From: Chiloscyllium plagiosum
Taxonomy: Eukaryota
Assembly: GCF_004010195.1 (NCBI RefSeq)
Contig: NC_057718.1
Coordinates: 16,832,192-16,886,667, forward strand
Direction of reading: 5' to 3'
Length of the DNA stretch: 54,476 bases
Shown here: positions 25,904 through 37,395 of the stretch, piece by piece
Numbering within the stretch: the first letter of the stretch is position 1
Layout: the number at the start of each line of letters is the position of its first letter
Notes under the pieces: model-generated
The model's input: only the letters and a program-made list of their open reading frames with translations
Database searches by the model: none
Told to the model about the DNA's origin: nothing
Translations under genes and position numbers: made by a program

Positions 25904-26305
25904 TTGTCGCCTCTACATTGGGGAGACAGGCCGCCTACTTGCAGAACGTTTCAGAGAACACCTCTGGGACACCTGTACCAACCAACCCAACTGCCCCGTG
26001 GCTGAACACTTTAACACCCCCTCCCTCCCACTCCGCCAAGGACATGCAGGTCCTTGGCTGCCTCCATCGCCAGACCATGGCAACATGACGCCTGGAGCCA
26101 ATCGCATTCCCAATGCCCCTCCCCCAAGTCCCTCCTCCCTACCTTTTATCTTAGCCTGCTTGGCTCCCTCCTCCCTACCTTTTATCTTAGCCTGCTTGGC
26201 ACACCTTCCTTATTCCTGAAGAAGTGCTTATGCCCGAAACATCGATTCTCCTGCTCCTTGGATGCTGCCTGACCTGCTGCGCTTTTCCAGCAACACATTT
26301 TTCAG
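25904..26305 (+). mobile_element. PLE 3' fragment inserted in CR1, 14-bp TSD, internal 36-bp tandem duplication
   Basis: LYIGETGRLLAERFREHLWDT remnant and hammerhead-bearing tail. TSD ataagataaaagcc at 25890-25903 and 26306-26319; duplication at 26129-26164/26165-26200. Confidence 0.85.
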
Positions 26306-26585
26306 ATAAGATAAAAGCCCACAGTGTTGAAGGTAGAATATTGGCATTGGTTTAGAATTAGCTAATGGACAGGAAACAGTGAATGGGGATAAAGGTTTTT
26401 TTAGATTGGCAACCTATGATCAGTGGCATTCTATGGGGATCAGTGCTGGGACTACAGCTGTTTACAATACATATTAAGGAATTGAAGGAAGGAATTTAAT
26501 GTTCTGCAGACAACACTAAAATAGGTAGAAAGGAAGATTGACAGGAGCACAAAAAATCTACAGCGCAATATTGATAGGTTACATA

Positions 26586-26752
26586 ATTTGAATTTATTGT
26601 TATGTGTACTGAGGCACAGTGAAAAGCTTTGTCTTGCGAGCAATATATACAGCTCACATTGTATAGAGAAGTAAATAATAGGTAAACAGCAGCAAACAAG
26701 AAAAACAGGTACGGATGAATGCTAAGAGTTTGTGAGTCCACTCGGTACTTAT
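26586..26752 (-). mobile_element. 3' UTR fragment of the same Rex1-like family, inserted in CR1
   Basis: gaatttattg...gaggcacagtgaaaagctttgtcttgc closely matches 37401-37560. Confidence 0.75.
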
Positions 26753-27809
26753 AAGTGAGCAAAAAGTTGGCAAATGGTGTATTAATGTGGGGAAATGCTC
26801 TTCATTTTGGAAGGGAGAGCAAAAGAGCAGAATATTATTTAAATAGAGAAAAATTGCAGCAAGTTGCAACGCACAAACTTGGGGGCAGTAGTTAATCAGG
26901 AAGGCTAATGGTATGTTGGTCCTTATTTCAAAAGGGCTCAAATATAAGAGTGGGGAATTATTACTGCAATTAGACAAGGTACTACACCTGGAGTACTGAG
27001 CAGTTTTGGTCCCATTATTTAAAGAAAAATATCATTTCATTGAAGGCAATTCAGAGAAGGTTCAGTGGGCTGATATGAAGGGATTGTCTTATGAGCAGAA
27101 ACTAAAGAGGTTGGGACTCTAATTCTTTTAAATTCCAGTGAGTAGAAGTAATTTCATTGGGAATATGTGATTTATAAGTGGCTTGAGAGGGTAAATACTG
27201 AAGGGATATTTCCCCTCATGAAAGACCCTAACACCAAAGAACATAGTCTCAGAGTAAAGGGATGCCAATTTAAGACTGAGATGAGGAGGAATTTCTACTG
27301 AGGGTTGAGTACCATTAAAACTCTTTGCCACAGAGGTCTGTGGGGAAAGAATTTTTGTATGTTTAAGGCTGAGGTAGATTCTTGATCAGTAGGAGGGTAA
27401 AGGCAGGAAGGTACATGTGAGAAATGTCAAATCAGCCATGAACCTTTTGAAAAGTAGAGCAAACTTAAGGGTCTGAATGGCCTCTTTATGGCCTATTTCT
27501 TATGGCCTTGTTTGAAAGGGCTTTTACTTCCTAAAACAGTTACAGACCATCAACTAAACAAGTTCACGTAAATGCCATATTCCCCCTAGCAGGTTATGGC
27601 TTTGTGCAGGAGCCTGTCACAGTTCGGGTATCTCAGTTGGATGATAATTGGACTCGATCCCAGGGCCGTTGTTTTGATTTCTACATAGGATCATAAATTC
27701 TTTTGAGTATTCAATAGTATATTTGTTTCTTTTTTAAAAAAAAAGCAAAAATAAAGTCCATTCTTCACAGTCTGACTTCATTGCAAGTTGGGAATCTCAA
27801 TTACTGTAG

Positions 27810-29250
27810 TTCAGAATACAAACACAGTAGTAGGCCATTCAGCCCTTTGATGATGTTCTAACATTGAGGTCATGGCTGGTCTGTGGTTTAACTCCATATA
27901 CTTGCCTTTTGTCCATATTCCTTAATACTTTTGCTTAACAAACATTTATCTCTCTAACTTAAAATTAATAACTAGCATCCACTGCCATTTGTGGGAGCGT
28001 TCCAAACATCATCTACCCTTTGTGTTAGAATTGCTTCCTGACATCTCTGCTGAATGGTCTGGACCCAATATTTAGACTACACCCCCTAGTTCTACAATCC
28101 CCAGCCAGTGGAAATAGTTTATCTCAAGCTACCCTATCTTTCTCTGTTGAAGATGTTGATCAGATCACCCCTCAGCTTTCTAAGTTCCAGAGAAAGTAGG
28201 CCTAATTTGTATAATGTCTCCTCATAATCACTGAAGATCAGGTATCATTCTTGTTAACCTACATTGTACACACTAAAGCTCATTTTCTTACTAAGTCTGG
28301 TACCCAGTTCTGCTCTCTTACTCCAAGTGAGTCTAATTAGGCTTTTGTGTAACTGTAGCATAACTTGTGCATCCTTTTAGTTTGCTGGTTATTGTTACTG
28401 AAATTGTACAGAAGGAACAGCTGATAGATAATTGGTACAATGGATGCTAAACCTGAAATTAGTTAAGGGTTCAAAATATTATTAGCCTGTGTCAAACAAT
28501 CTTCACTTTAATGTAGCATCTGCACATGTGCAGCGAGTCTGGCACAACCACAGTGTTCATCCTGTTATACTGTTCTACGAAGGACATCTTAACAAGGTTT
28601 GCAGTATTTCTGCAGTGAATTTTTGCTAAATGGGGATCAACTGTTTGACCTTTCTAAATGCATTACCTCCCACTTACCAGAGTTGAACTCCATCTGTCAC
28701 TTTTGCCCACTCCAACCCATCTATGTTATTTTGGAGCTGACAGCTATCCTCTCTGTCTTTGTTGGGTATAGCAATTTTGTCTGTCTATTTCCTAATTGTG
28801 CCCCTCATGTTCAAATCAAAATCATTAATGTATAAAACAGCAGGGGTCCCAACACTAAGCCCTGCAGAGCACTTGAAACAGTTTTCCATTCATAAGGGCA
28901 GCCATCCACACACACCGTTTATTTCTTGTTACTAAGCCAACTTTGGATCCATTCAACACATGGCCCTGTATCCCACTGGTTTTATATTCTGACTAGTCTG
29001 CCATGTGGGACCTTGTCAAATGCCTTGCTAAAATCCATGTAGACAACAACTATTGAACTGCCATCATTGATCCTCCTCGTCACTTCTTTGAAGAATTCAA
29101 TCAAGCTGTAAGGCATGACCTTCCTTTAACAAAACCATGCTAACTATCCATGACTATTCCATGCTTTTCTAAATAAGAGTTCATCCAGTCTCTCAGGATT
29201 GTTTCTAATATTTTGCCCACCACTGAAGTAAGACTAACTGGCCCATAATT
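27810..29250 (-). mobile_element. Two old CR1 fragments (~27810-28370 3' end; ~28640-29250 RT)
   Basis: Reverse-strand YMDFSKAFDKVPH (gggaccttgtcaaatgccttgctaaaatccatgt) and CR1-type 3' UTR. Confidence 0.65.
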
Positions 29251-29769
29251 AATTCACATTTCCTTTTTATACTCTTTTGGGGTACAAATATTTGAAGGAA
29301 ATATTCCTTTGTACATTAATTTATTGTCAATTTTGATGAAGTGGCATACTTTCAGGCTGTATCCATTTCTTTAACTACTCGTTGCTCTTATACCAGTGGA
29401 AGAATTTCTTGCTATTCTGGTTTGCTATTACAGCTACTAATTTTCAATTTTTTTTCTGCTTCTTTCTAGATATGCTTCTGCAGTTACAATCTTGTTGTTT
29501 CACCTTGTCTCGTTTCCTAAAAGAGTCTTTAGTTTAATTACTTATTGAATTTCTAACCATTCAGTCTGTTGGAACGTAGTTGTTCAGTTTGTATTCATTG
29601 TGCATGATCAACAGGTATGCATGTAAAATTATTCTGTTTGTGCTATGCTGCAGTACTTAGCAATTCTCTTAAGCTCTTGCCTTTACTGAAGTTTATGAGC
29701 AATGTTGTCGTGGTCCCTAGGTATTTGAAAGCTGAGGAAATAAATTGAACTTAATTATTCTAGCAGTTT

Positions 29770-31270
29770 GAGAGTCAGAGATGTACAGCATGGAAACAGA
29801 CCCTTCGGTCTAACCCATCCATGCCGACTGGATATCCCAACCCAATCTAGTCGCACCTGCCTATATCCCTCCAAACCCTTCCTATTCATATACCCATCCA
29901 AATGCCTTTTAAATGTTGCAATTGTACCAACCTCCACCACCTCCTCTGGCACCTCATTCCATACACATATCACCCTTTGCGTGAAAAAGTTGTCCCTTAG
30001 GTCTCTCTTTTTATCTTTCCTCTCACACCCTCTAGTTCTGGACTCCCCTACCCCAGGGAAAAGACTTTGTCTATTTATCCAATCCATGCCCCTCATAATT
30101 TTGTAAACCTCTATAAGGTCACCCCTCAGCATCTGACGCTCTAGGGAAAACAGCCCCAGCCTGTTCAACCTCTCCCCATAGCTCAAATCATTCAACCCTG
30201 GCAACATCCTTGTAAATCCTTTCTGAACCCTTTCAAGTTTCACAACATCCTTCCGATAGGAAGGAGACCAGAATTGCACACAGTATTCCAACAGTGGCCT
30301 AACCAGTGGCCTAACCAATGTCCTGTACAGTTGCAACATGACCTCCCAACTCCTGTACTCAGTACTCTGACCAATAAAAGAATGCATACCAAACGCCGCC
30401 TTCACTGTCTTATCTACCTGCAACTCCACTTTCAAGGAGCTATGAGCCTGCACTCCAAGGTCTCTTTGTTCAGCAACACTCCCTAGGACCTTACCATAAA
30501 GTGTATAAGTCCTGCTAAGATTTGCTTTCCCAAAATGCAGCACCTCACATTTATCTGAATTAAACTCCATCTGCCACTTCTCGACCTGTTGGCCCACCTG
30601 ATCAAGATCCTGTTGTAATCTGAGGTAACCTTCTTCGCTGTTCACTATATCTCCAATTTTGGTGTCATCTGCAAGCTTACTAACTGTACCTCTTATGCTG
30701 GCATCCATATCATTTATGTAAATGACAAAATGTAGAGGACCCTGCACCGATCCTTGTGGCACTCCACTGGTCACAGGCCTCCAGTCTGAAAAATAACCAT
30801 CTACCACCAACCTGTTTTCTACCTTTGAGCCAGTTTTGTATCCAAATGACTAGTTCTCTCTTTATTCTGTGAGATCTAACCTTGCTAACCAGTCTCCCAT
30901 GGGGAAACTTGTCGAACGCCTTACTGAAGTCCATATAGATCACATCTACCGCTCTGCCCTCATTAATCCTCTCAGTCCTTGCCTTTCCAAATACATGTAT
31001 ATCCTGTCCCTCAGGATTCCCTCCAACAACTTGCCCATCACCGACGTCAGGCTCACTTGTCTATAGTTCCCAGGCTTGTCCTTACCACCCTTCTTAAACA
31101 GTGGCACCACGTTTGCCAACTTCCAGTCTTCCAGCACCTCACCTGTGACTATTTATGATACAAGTATCTCAGCAAGAGGCCCAGCAATCACATCTCTAGC
31201 TTCCCACAGAGTTCTCGGGTGCACCTGATTAGGTCCTGGTGATTTATTTACCTTTATGCATTTCAAGACA
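29770..31270 (-). mobile_element. CR1 (HER1-like) LINE, 5'-truncated, relatively young
   Basis: ORFs EDWKLANVVPLFKKG, IYMDFSKAFDK and a 351-aa RT C-terminus ([35 protein letters not shown]); frameshifts between pieces. Confidence 0.92.
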
Positions 31271-31479
31271 TCTAGCGCTTTTGGCGATTTAAATAACTTT
31301 CTTTCACTATATAGTATCTGTTTCAGATATCATGAAACAAAGATGTGCACTCAATTTCTCTGAATACTGGGTTATGAAGCAGTCATGTACTTGATTTCTG
31401 ACTCAGACAATGATTGACATTGCAATTCGAATGTTGTATTTTTTTCAATTGAAATTCCCTAGTCAGCAAAGTCTCTTTT

Positions 31480-31645
31480 CAGAAATTGCTGGAGAAACTC
31501 AGCAAGTCTGGCAGCATCTGTGGACAGAAAGCTGAGTTAATGTTCGGGTCCAGGTTCTGATCAATGGTCACTCAACAAAAATATTAACTCTGTTTTCTGT
31601 CCACAGTTGCTGCCAGACTTGTTGAATTTCTCCAGTAATTTCTCT
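31480..31645. repeat. Old imperfect palindromic MITE-like repeat related to PLE tails
   Basis: agaaattgctggagaaactcagcaagtctggcagcatctgtggacagaaa...ttttctgtccacagttgctgccagacttgttgaatttctccagtaatttct; ~65-bp arms. Half-copies at ~3765-3870 and ~21540-21570/24200-24280. Confidence 0.7.
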
Positions 31646-32422
31646 TCTTGGTTTGGATTTCCAGCATCTGTACTTTTTTTTTCATCTTCCTTTTCAGTTT
31701 GACTTACGTCTGTAGCACTTTCCTAATGTTATTCTTCCTTTCACAGTAAAATTTCCAGCAGGAATAGTTTCCCATAGTTTTCTACTTAATACAGATTGAC
31801 TTCTTGAAACTTCCAGTTAATTCTGACCAACTGGAACATGACCACCACGTGTCTTGAAAGCCATGTTAGAAATTCAGGTGCAGGGAACTTACTGAACCAA
31901 AGGCTTAAAAAAATTCAGGCTTTGGTTCTCATGATGCTTAAACCATTAGACTGCAGTAGAACCCGTTTTGCAATGCCAAGCTACTTTCGATAGATCTTAC
32001 TGTAGAATTGTCTTCTCTAGCCCTCTTAACTTTTTAACTACTTGCTAATTACTTAATAGAGTGTTATCATTCATTGCAAGAAGAATTTAATACAAAAATA
32101 GAGAGGTTATGTTTCAGTTATTCAGTGAGACCACCTCTGAAAGGTGGAACTTGAACTTAGGCCTCCTGGCTCAGAAGTAGGGATACTACCACTGCATACA
32201 TCCCTCAGCTTGTGGATTTATTTTGTGAACATATTTTTAGCATTAGTAGATACTTACTGAGCTCCAGAAAATTTTGTGAAGCAAAGACAATCTCCCTGAA
32301 CAACTTGAATTGCCATGTATTTTTCCAGCTTCAGGATAATATAACACAGCTAAGCACTGCAATGTATGTGCAGACAGTGGACGACTGCTGACCTACGCTT
32401 TATAGACTTGACTATTCTAATG

Positions 32423-32499
32423 GTCTTATGCCCGAAACATCGACTCTTCTCGGATGCTACCTGACCTGATGCGCCTTTCCAGCGCCACGCTTTTCGACT
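32423..32499 (+). mobile_element. Very short PLE-tail insertion, 11-bp TSD
   Basis: cttatgcccgaaacatcga...ggatgctacctgacctg; TSD ctattctaatg at 32412-32422 and 32500-32510. Confidence 0.75.
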
Positions 32500-34254
32500 C
32501 TATTCTAATGATCTCCTTGCTGGCCTTTGTCATTCTACTCTCTAAATTCAAAGTCATCCAAAACACCTACTGTCTGATTTTTAACTTGTACCAAATCCCA
32601 TTAATACTTTGACTGTATCCGTGCTGATTTGATTTAAACAACATCTTGATTTTAAAGTTCTCACCCTTGTTTTCAAGACTCTCTCCCTGGGCTCAGCAAT
32701 CTCTCAAATCTACTCCACCCATTCTATCCTCCAGATATCTGAACTCTTATTCCAGCTTCTTGAACATCTCTGGATTTTATTAACGCCATAATTGTTGCTT
32801 TTCCCTTCTGCTGTAACTTTAAGATTTCCTACACAAGCTTCTGCCTTTTTACCTCATCTTCCTCCTTTGAGGCACTCCTTAAAACCTGGCCTTGGCAATC
32901 GACTGTGAAGGTGAGACAAGTGAACAGTAATGTGGTATTCTGTGAAGATGTTAGGAGAGGGAACTGAGTCTGATTTGAAATGCAAAGATGATGAATGTCA
33001 GGTAGATGAGGAGGGGATCTGTGCGGTTATTGGATCCTCCCAGTATATACGTGCAGAATTATGGCAGTGCAAAGAACCATGTTTTTTGACGAATGACCTA
33101 AAACCAAATGCTAAATGAGTGGTTTACAGGACAACAGTGTTACCAGCTCTATTGTATTCATTAGAGACAAATATAATGTAGAGTAGATCCATCAGGACAC
33201 TTGAGAAATATCACCAGTGATCACTCCACAAAATGCTGCAATTTCACAGATAGAATAGAGGCTTTAGTATCAAAGTCCTGTCCAGGCCAACATGGTTCGG
33301 CCATATCCAGAGCCATGATCCTATCAGCTGCAATGGGATGAGTCACATAGTCCACTGGACTTGCAAAACAAGTTGTCTGCTATGCTCTACATTATGGCAA
33401 ATAGTTGCCAGGAAGACAGAACAAATGTTTAAAGGACATTCCTCAAAACCTTTCTGAGAAAATGAATTATTCCTACTGACACATGGGGAAACTCTAGCTT
33501 GATGCAGAAACTGGAGATAAGCATCTGTGAAACTGCCAACTATTTTCAGCATCACTGACAGGCTCAGACAGAGTCCAAGCACACAGCTGGAAGAGAATGC
33601 AAAAACCTGAGCTTCACACCACTACATCAGCAAGTACCATCTCTGGCAGAGTTTGTGAATGCAGGCTATTTAATCACCTGAGGACTCGGAGCACTGAAAT
33701 GAAAGTAAGTCTTTTGGAATTGAGGACGTCTGACATTATCTGCTTCTTCTGATGCAATGCAAACAACATAATTTTGAGGCAAGATAATGAATCAGTAAAA
33801 TTCATGGTATTATAGCTTCCATAATAGATTTAATTCCTAATCAATCCTGAAGATCTGTTATTAGGTGTTGATTGCACAATTCAGTGCTTCAAACGAAACT
33901 ATTCCTGGAATGGAAGGCATGATTGATAATGCTATCAAGTCACACCTCCCATAGCACCTTTGATATCTGCAGCTTCTACCACCTAAAAAGACACGACAGA
34001 AAAATTCCCCTCTGTGTACACACCATCTCATTTGAAACTATATATAGGTGTCATCTTACTGTTCTTGAGTCTATATCCTGGAACTCCCTCCGAAACAACT
34101 GAGTGTCTCTATAGCTCAAGAACTGCAATGGTTCAAGAAGGCAACTCATCACCATCACCATGGAAATAAATATTGGCCTGGCAGCAATGTCCACGTCCTG
34201 TGAATGGCTTTGTTGAAAAGGGTGCTTAGAATTGGCAGACCTGGTTTTGTGTTG

Positions 34255-35490
34255 GAGTCATAGTCCTACAGCACAGAAACAGGCCCTTCAGTCCAACTCG
34301 TCCATGTGAACCAGGTTTCCTAAACTGAACTAGTCCTGTTTGCCTGCAATTGGTCCATATCCCCCTAAACCCTTCCTATTCATGCAATTGTACAAATGTA
34401 TTTTAAATGTTGTAATTTTACTTTCCTCTGGCAGCTTGTTCCATATATACACCACCCTCTCAGTGAAAAGGTTGCCCCTCAGATCCCTTTTAAATCTTTC
34501 TCCTTTCATCTTAAACCTATGTCTCTAGCTTTGGACTCCCCTACCCTGAGAGGAGACCTTGGCTATCTTATTTATGCCCCTCATGATTTTATAAGGCCTC
34601 TATAAGGTCACCCTCAGCCTCTGATGCTTTGGGGAAAATGTTCCAGCCTCTCCTCATAACCTAAACCTTCCAGTCATCATTGTAAATATTCTCTCACCTT
34701 TTTTCAAGTTTAATAACATTCTTCCTATCAGAGGGTGACCAGAACTAGATACAGTACCTCCAAATATGGCTTTACCAATATCTTGTACATCTATAACATG
34801 ACATCCCAACCCGTATACTCAATGTTCGGACCAACAAAGGTAAGAATGCCAAATAGCTTCTTCGCTACCCTGTTTCCTGTGACACCACTTTCAAGGAATT
34901 ATGTACCTGCACCCCTAGGTCTCTCTGTTCAACAGCACTCTCCAGGCCCTAACCAATAACTATATAAGTCCTGCCCTGGTTTGTCTTTCCAAAGTGCAAC
35001 ACCTCACGTTTATATGAATTAAACTCCATCTGCCATTTCTTGGCCCCACTGACCCAGTTGATTAAGATCCCATTGTACTTTGAGATGACCTTCACTGTCC
35101 ACTACACCACCAATCTTGGTGTCATCCAGAAGCTTACTAACCATGCCTCCTAAATTCTCATTCAAAGCATTTATATAAATGACGAACACCAGTGAACCCA
35201 GTACAGATCCTTGCAGCACACTGCTGGTCACAGGCCTCCAAGTCTGAACAATAACCATCAATCTCTGCCTCCTACTGTGAAGCCAATTTTGTATCCAGTT
35301 GGCTAACTGTCCCTGAATCCCATGTGATCTAACCTTACTTACCAGTCTGCTGTGCAGAACCTTGCCAAAGACTTTGCTAAAGTCATGTAAACAACGTCAA
35401 CATTTTTGCTTTCATCTATCTTCTTGGTCACTTCTTTAAAAAACTAAATCAAATTTGTGAGACAATATTTCCCATGCACAAAGCCTTGCT
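34255..35490 (-). mobile_element. CR1 LINE 3' portion, degenerate
   Basis: WRPVTSSVLQGSVLGSLVFVIYIN...SKLLDDTKIGG; collinear with 29770-30950. Confidence 0.85.
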
Positions 35491-35632
35491 GATTCTGTGT
35501 CTTAAACATAAATATCTACATACTCATGCCATAAGTCAGTCAGTCCTTTTATTCCTCCTGTTTTCAAATACTGGTGCAAATTGAGAGCTGAATATTTTAA
35601 ACTAATTGACATTATGAATTTCAAACAAAGCT

Positions 35633-35986
35633 TGTATTGGCGCAGGTACTTGTGTTAGGCTCTTTTCCAGAGGTTTCACACACGAAAAGCAATTCACACC
35701 TACTTTTAAACAGTTAAAATTTATTAAAGCCTGTACAACCTAGGTGACCCCTCTGACACTCTTCGCTGGTCATGTGAAGTAGAGTCAAAATGAGGCCCTG
35801 AACAAAGAAAACACATGCTCTTTATACAGGACAGTTGGTAATGCTTACAGGGACTCTGGTCATCCCTCCCCCATAACCATGTTACCCCAGGTACAATGGT
35901 AGGATGAGGTCCTCCTCAGAGATAATGTAAATGTAAAATGCTCTAATCCTATGCAGATGATTTCCCGACTCTGATTCCCCAATACA
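35633..35986 (-). mobile_element. Candidate solo LTR
   Basis: TGTATTGG...CCAATACA 8-bp inverted ends; on minus, TATAAA (35826-35821) precedes AATAAA (35725-35720). No TSD found. Confidence 0.4.
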
Positions 35987-36639
35987 ATGTAGGTGTGATC
36001 TGTTCTAGTTTCGGGGCGGCACTGCAAACAGGTTCTGGCTCCCCTACTTCCCCAATGTCGGTATGATATGCTTCAGTATCAGGGATGATCACATAAGCAA
36101 ACCTGATTGAGTGGGGTTGGCTATGAAAGTATTTCCGAATGGAAAGGGCTGAATGAGCGATTAATTTACCTAATAGTAGGAGTAGTTGTAAATGACTGTC
36201 TAAATGAAGTGGGAGTCATCTGCATTCTTGCATGAATGTTGTCCCCATCAACTTCCAGAATGTTCAGCTTCTGGAGGAAGACTGCAGTTTAACCCTTTAG
36301 TATTACATTAATGTCCAGGGAGCTAGCCCAATTTAATCTTTTAACATTGCACTTGGACTTTTATTAGGAAATGCTGTTAGGGTAGTAATTTCCTATACAT
36401 GCAAGTTGAGGAGGGTTAAAGACTGTGAACAGGATTTGAATATGAATAGGATTTAGTTATTTATGTTTCAATTTGTTTGACCTTGATTTGGAAAATGGCC
36501 TGGGTACCGCAATTGCCCTGAATACCACTTTCCTGCACTTAATGACATTGATGGGGACACTGGGTTTTGATGGTCAACTGTTAGTGTTCATTATCCTTGA
36601 AGATTGTCCAGGTTGTCTGAGTGGCGAGCCAAGCATAAT

Positions 36640-37395
36640 TATACTGAAGCTGGGAATCAGGAGGGCAAAAAGCTTTGGCAAATAATGTTAAAAAGAATCC
36701 AAAGGGATTCTGTAAATATATTAAGGACAAAAGGGTAACTAGGGAGAGATTAGGGCCCCTCAAAGGTCAGGGAGCAGGAGACTCGATGTTTCGGGCATGA
36801 GCCCTTCAGCCCTGATTCCTGAAGAAGGGCTCATGCCCGAAACATCGATTCTCCTGCTCCTTGGATGCTGCCTGACCTGCTGCGCTTTTCCAGCAACACA
36901 TCTTCAGCTCTGATCTCCAGCATCTGCAGTCCTCACTTTCCCCTCAAAGGTCAGCAAGGCAGCCTATATGTGGAACCACAGGAGATGGGGAAATACTGAG
37001 TATCTTGCATTAATGTTTACTGTGGAGAAGGTCATAGAAGATACAGAATGTGGGGGAATAGATAGTGACATCTTGAAATGTATCCATATTACAGAGGTGG
37101 TGCTGGATGTCTTGAATTGCATAAAGGTGCATAAGTCCCCAGGCCCTGATCAGGTGTACACTGAACTCTGGGAAGCTAAGGAAGTGATTGCTGGGCCCTT
37201 TGAGATATTTGTATCATCAATAGCCACAGGTGAGGTGCCAGAAGACTGGAGGTTGGCTAACATGGTGCCACTATTTAAGAAAGGTAAGGAAATGCCAGGT
37301 AACTATAAACCAGTGAGCCTGACATCGGTGGTGCGTGCATTTTTGGAGAGAATCCTGAGGAACAGGATTTGCATATATTTGAAAAGACAAGGATT
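36640..37395 (+). mobile_element. CR1 ORF2 internal fragment
   Basis: KSPGPDQVY...ATGEVPEDWRLANMVPLFKKG...NYKPVSLTSVV; ends at the Rex1 insertion. Confidence 0.85.
36771..36939 (+). mobile_element. Short PLE-tail insertion with 37-bp inverted arm, in CR1, 15-bp TSD
   Basis: Arms 36771-36807 and 36824-36860 (1 mismatch). TSD cccctcaaaggtcag at 36756-36770 and 36940-36954; the CR1 sequence reads through when the insert is removed. Confidence 0.9.

Larger units (their letters stand above)
24380..27510 (+). mobile_element. Old degenerate CR1 LINE (endonuclease to 3' UTR), interrupted twice
   Basis: Recognisable CR1 ORF2 landmarks (VESIWV, IIMGD, SDHN, YLDFQK, cagtgctggga, cacctggagtactg, atgaggaggaattt) with many stops. 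Confidence 0.8.

Noticed and set aside
29755..30810. 351-aa ORF as a host or domesticated gene
   Set aside because: Ordinary CR1 RT C-terminus; 5'-truncated, frameshifted upstream, with a 12-bp internal duplication (LVRPLVRP).
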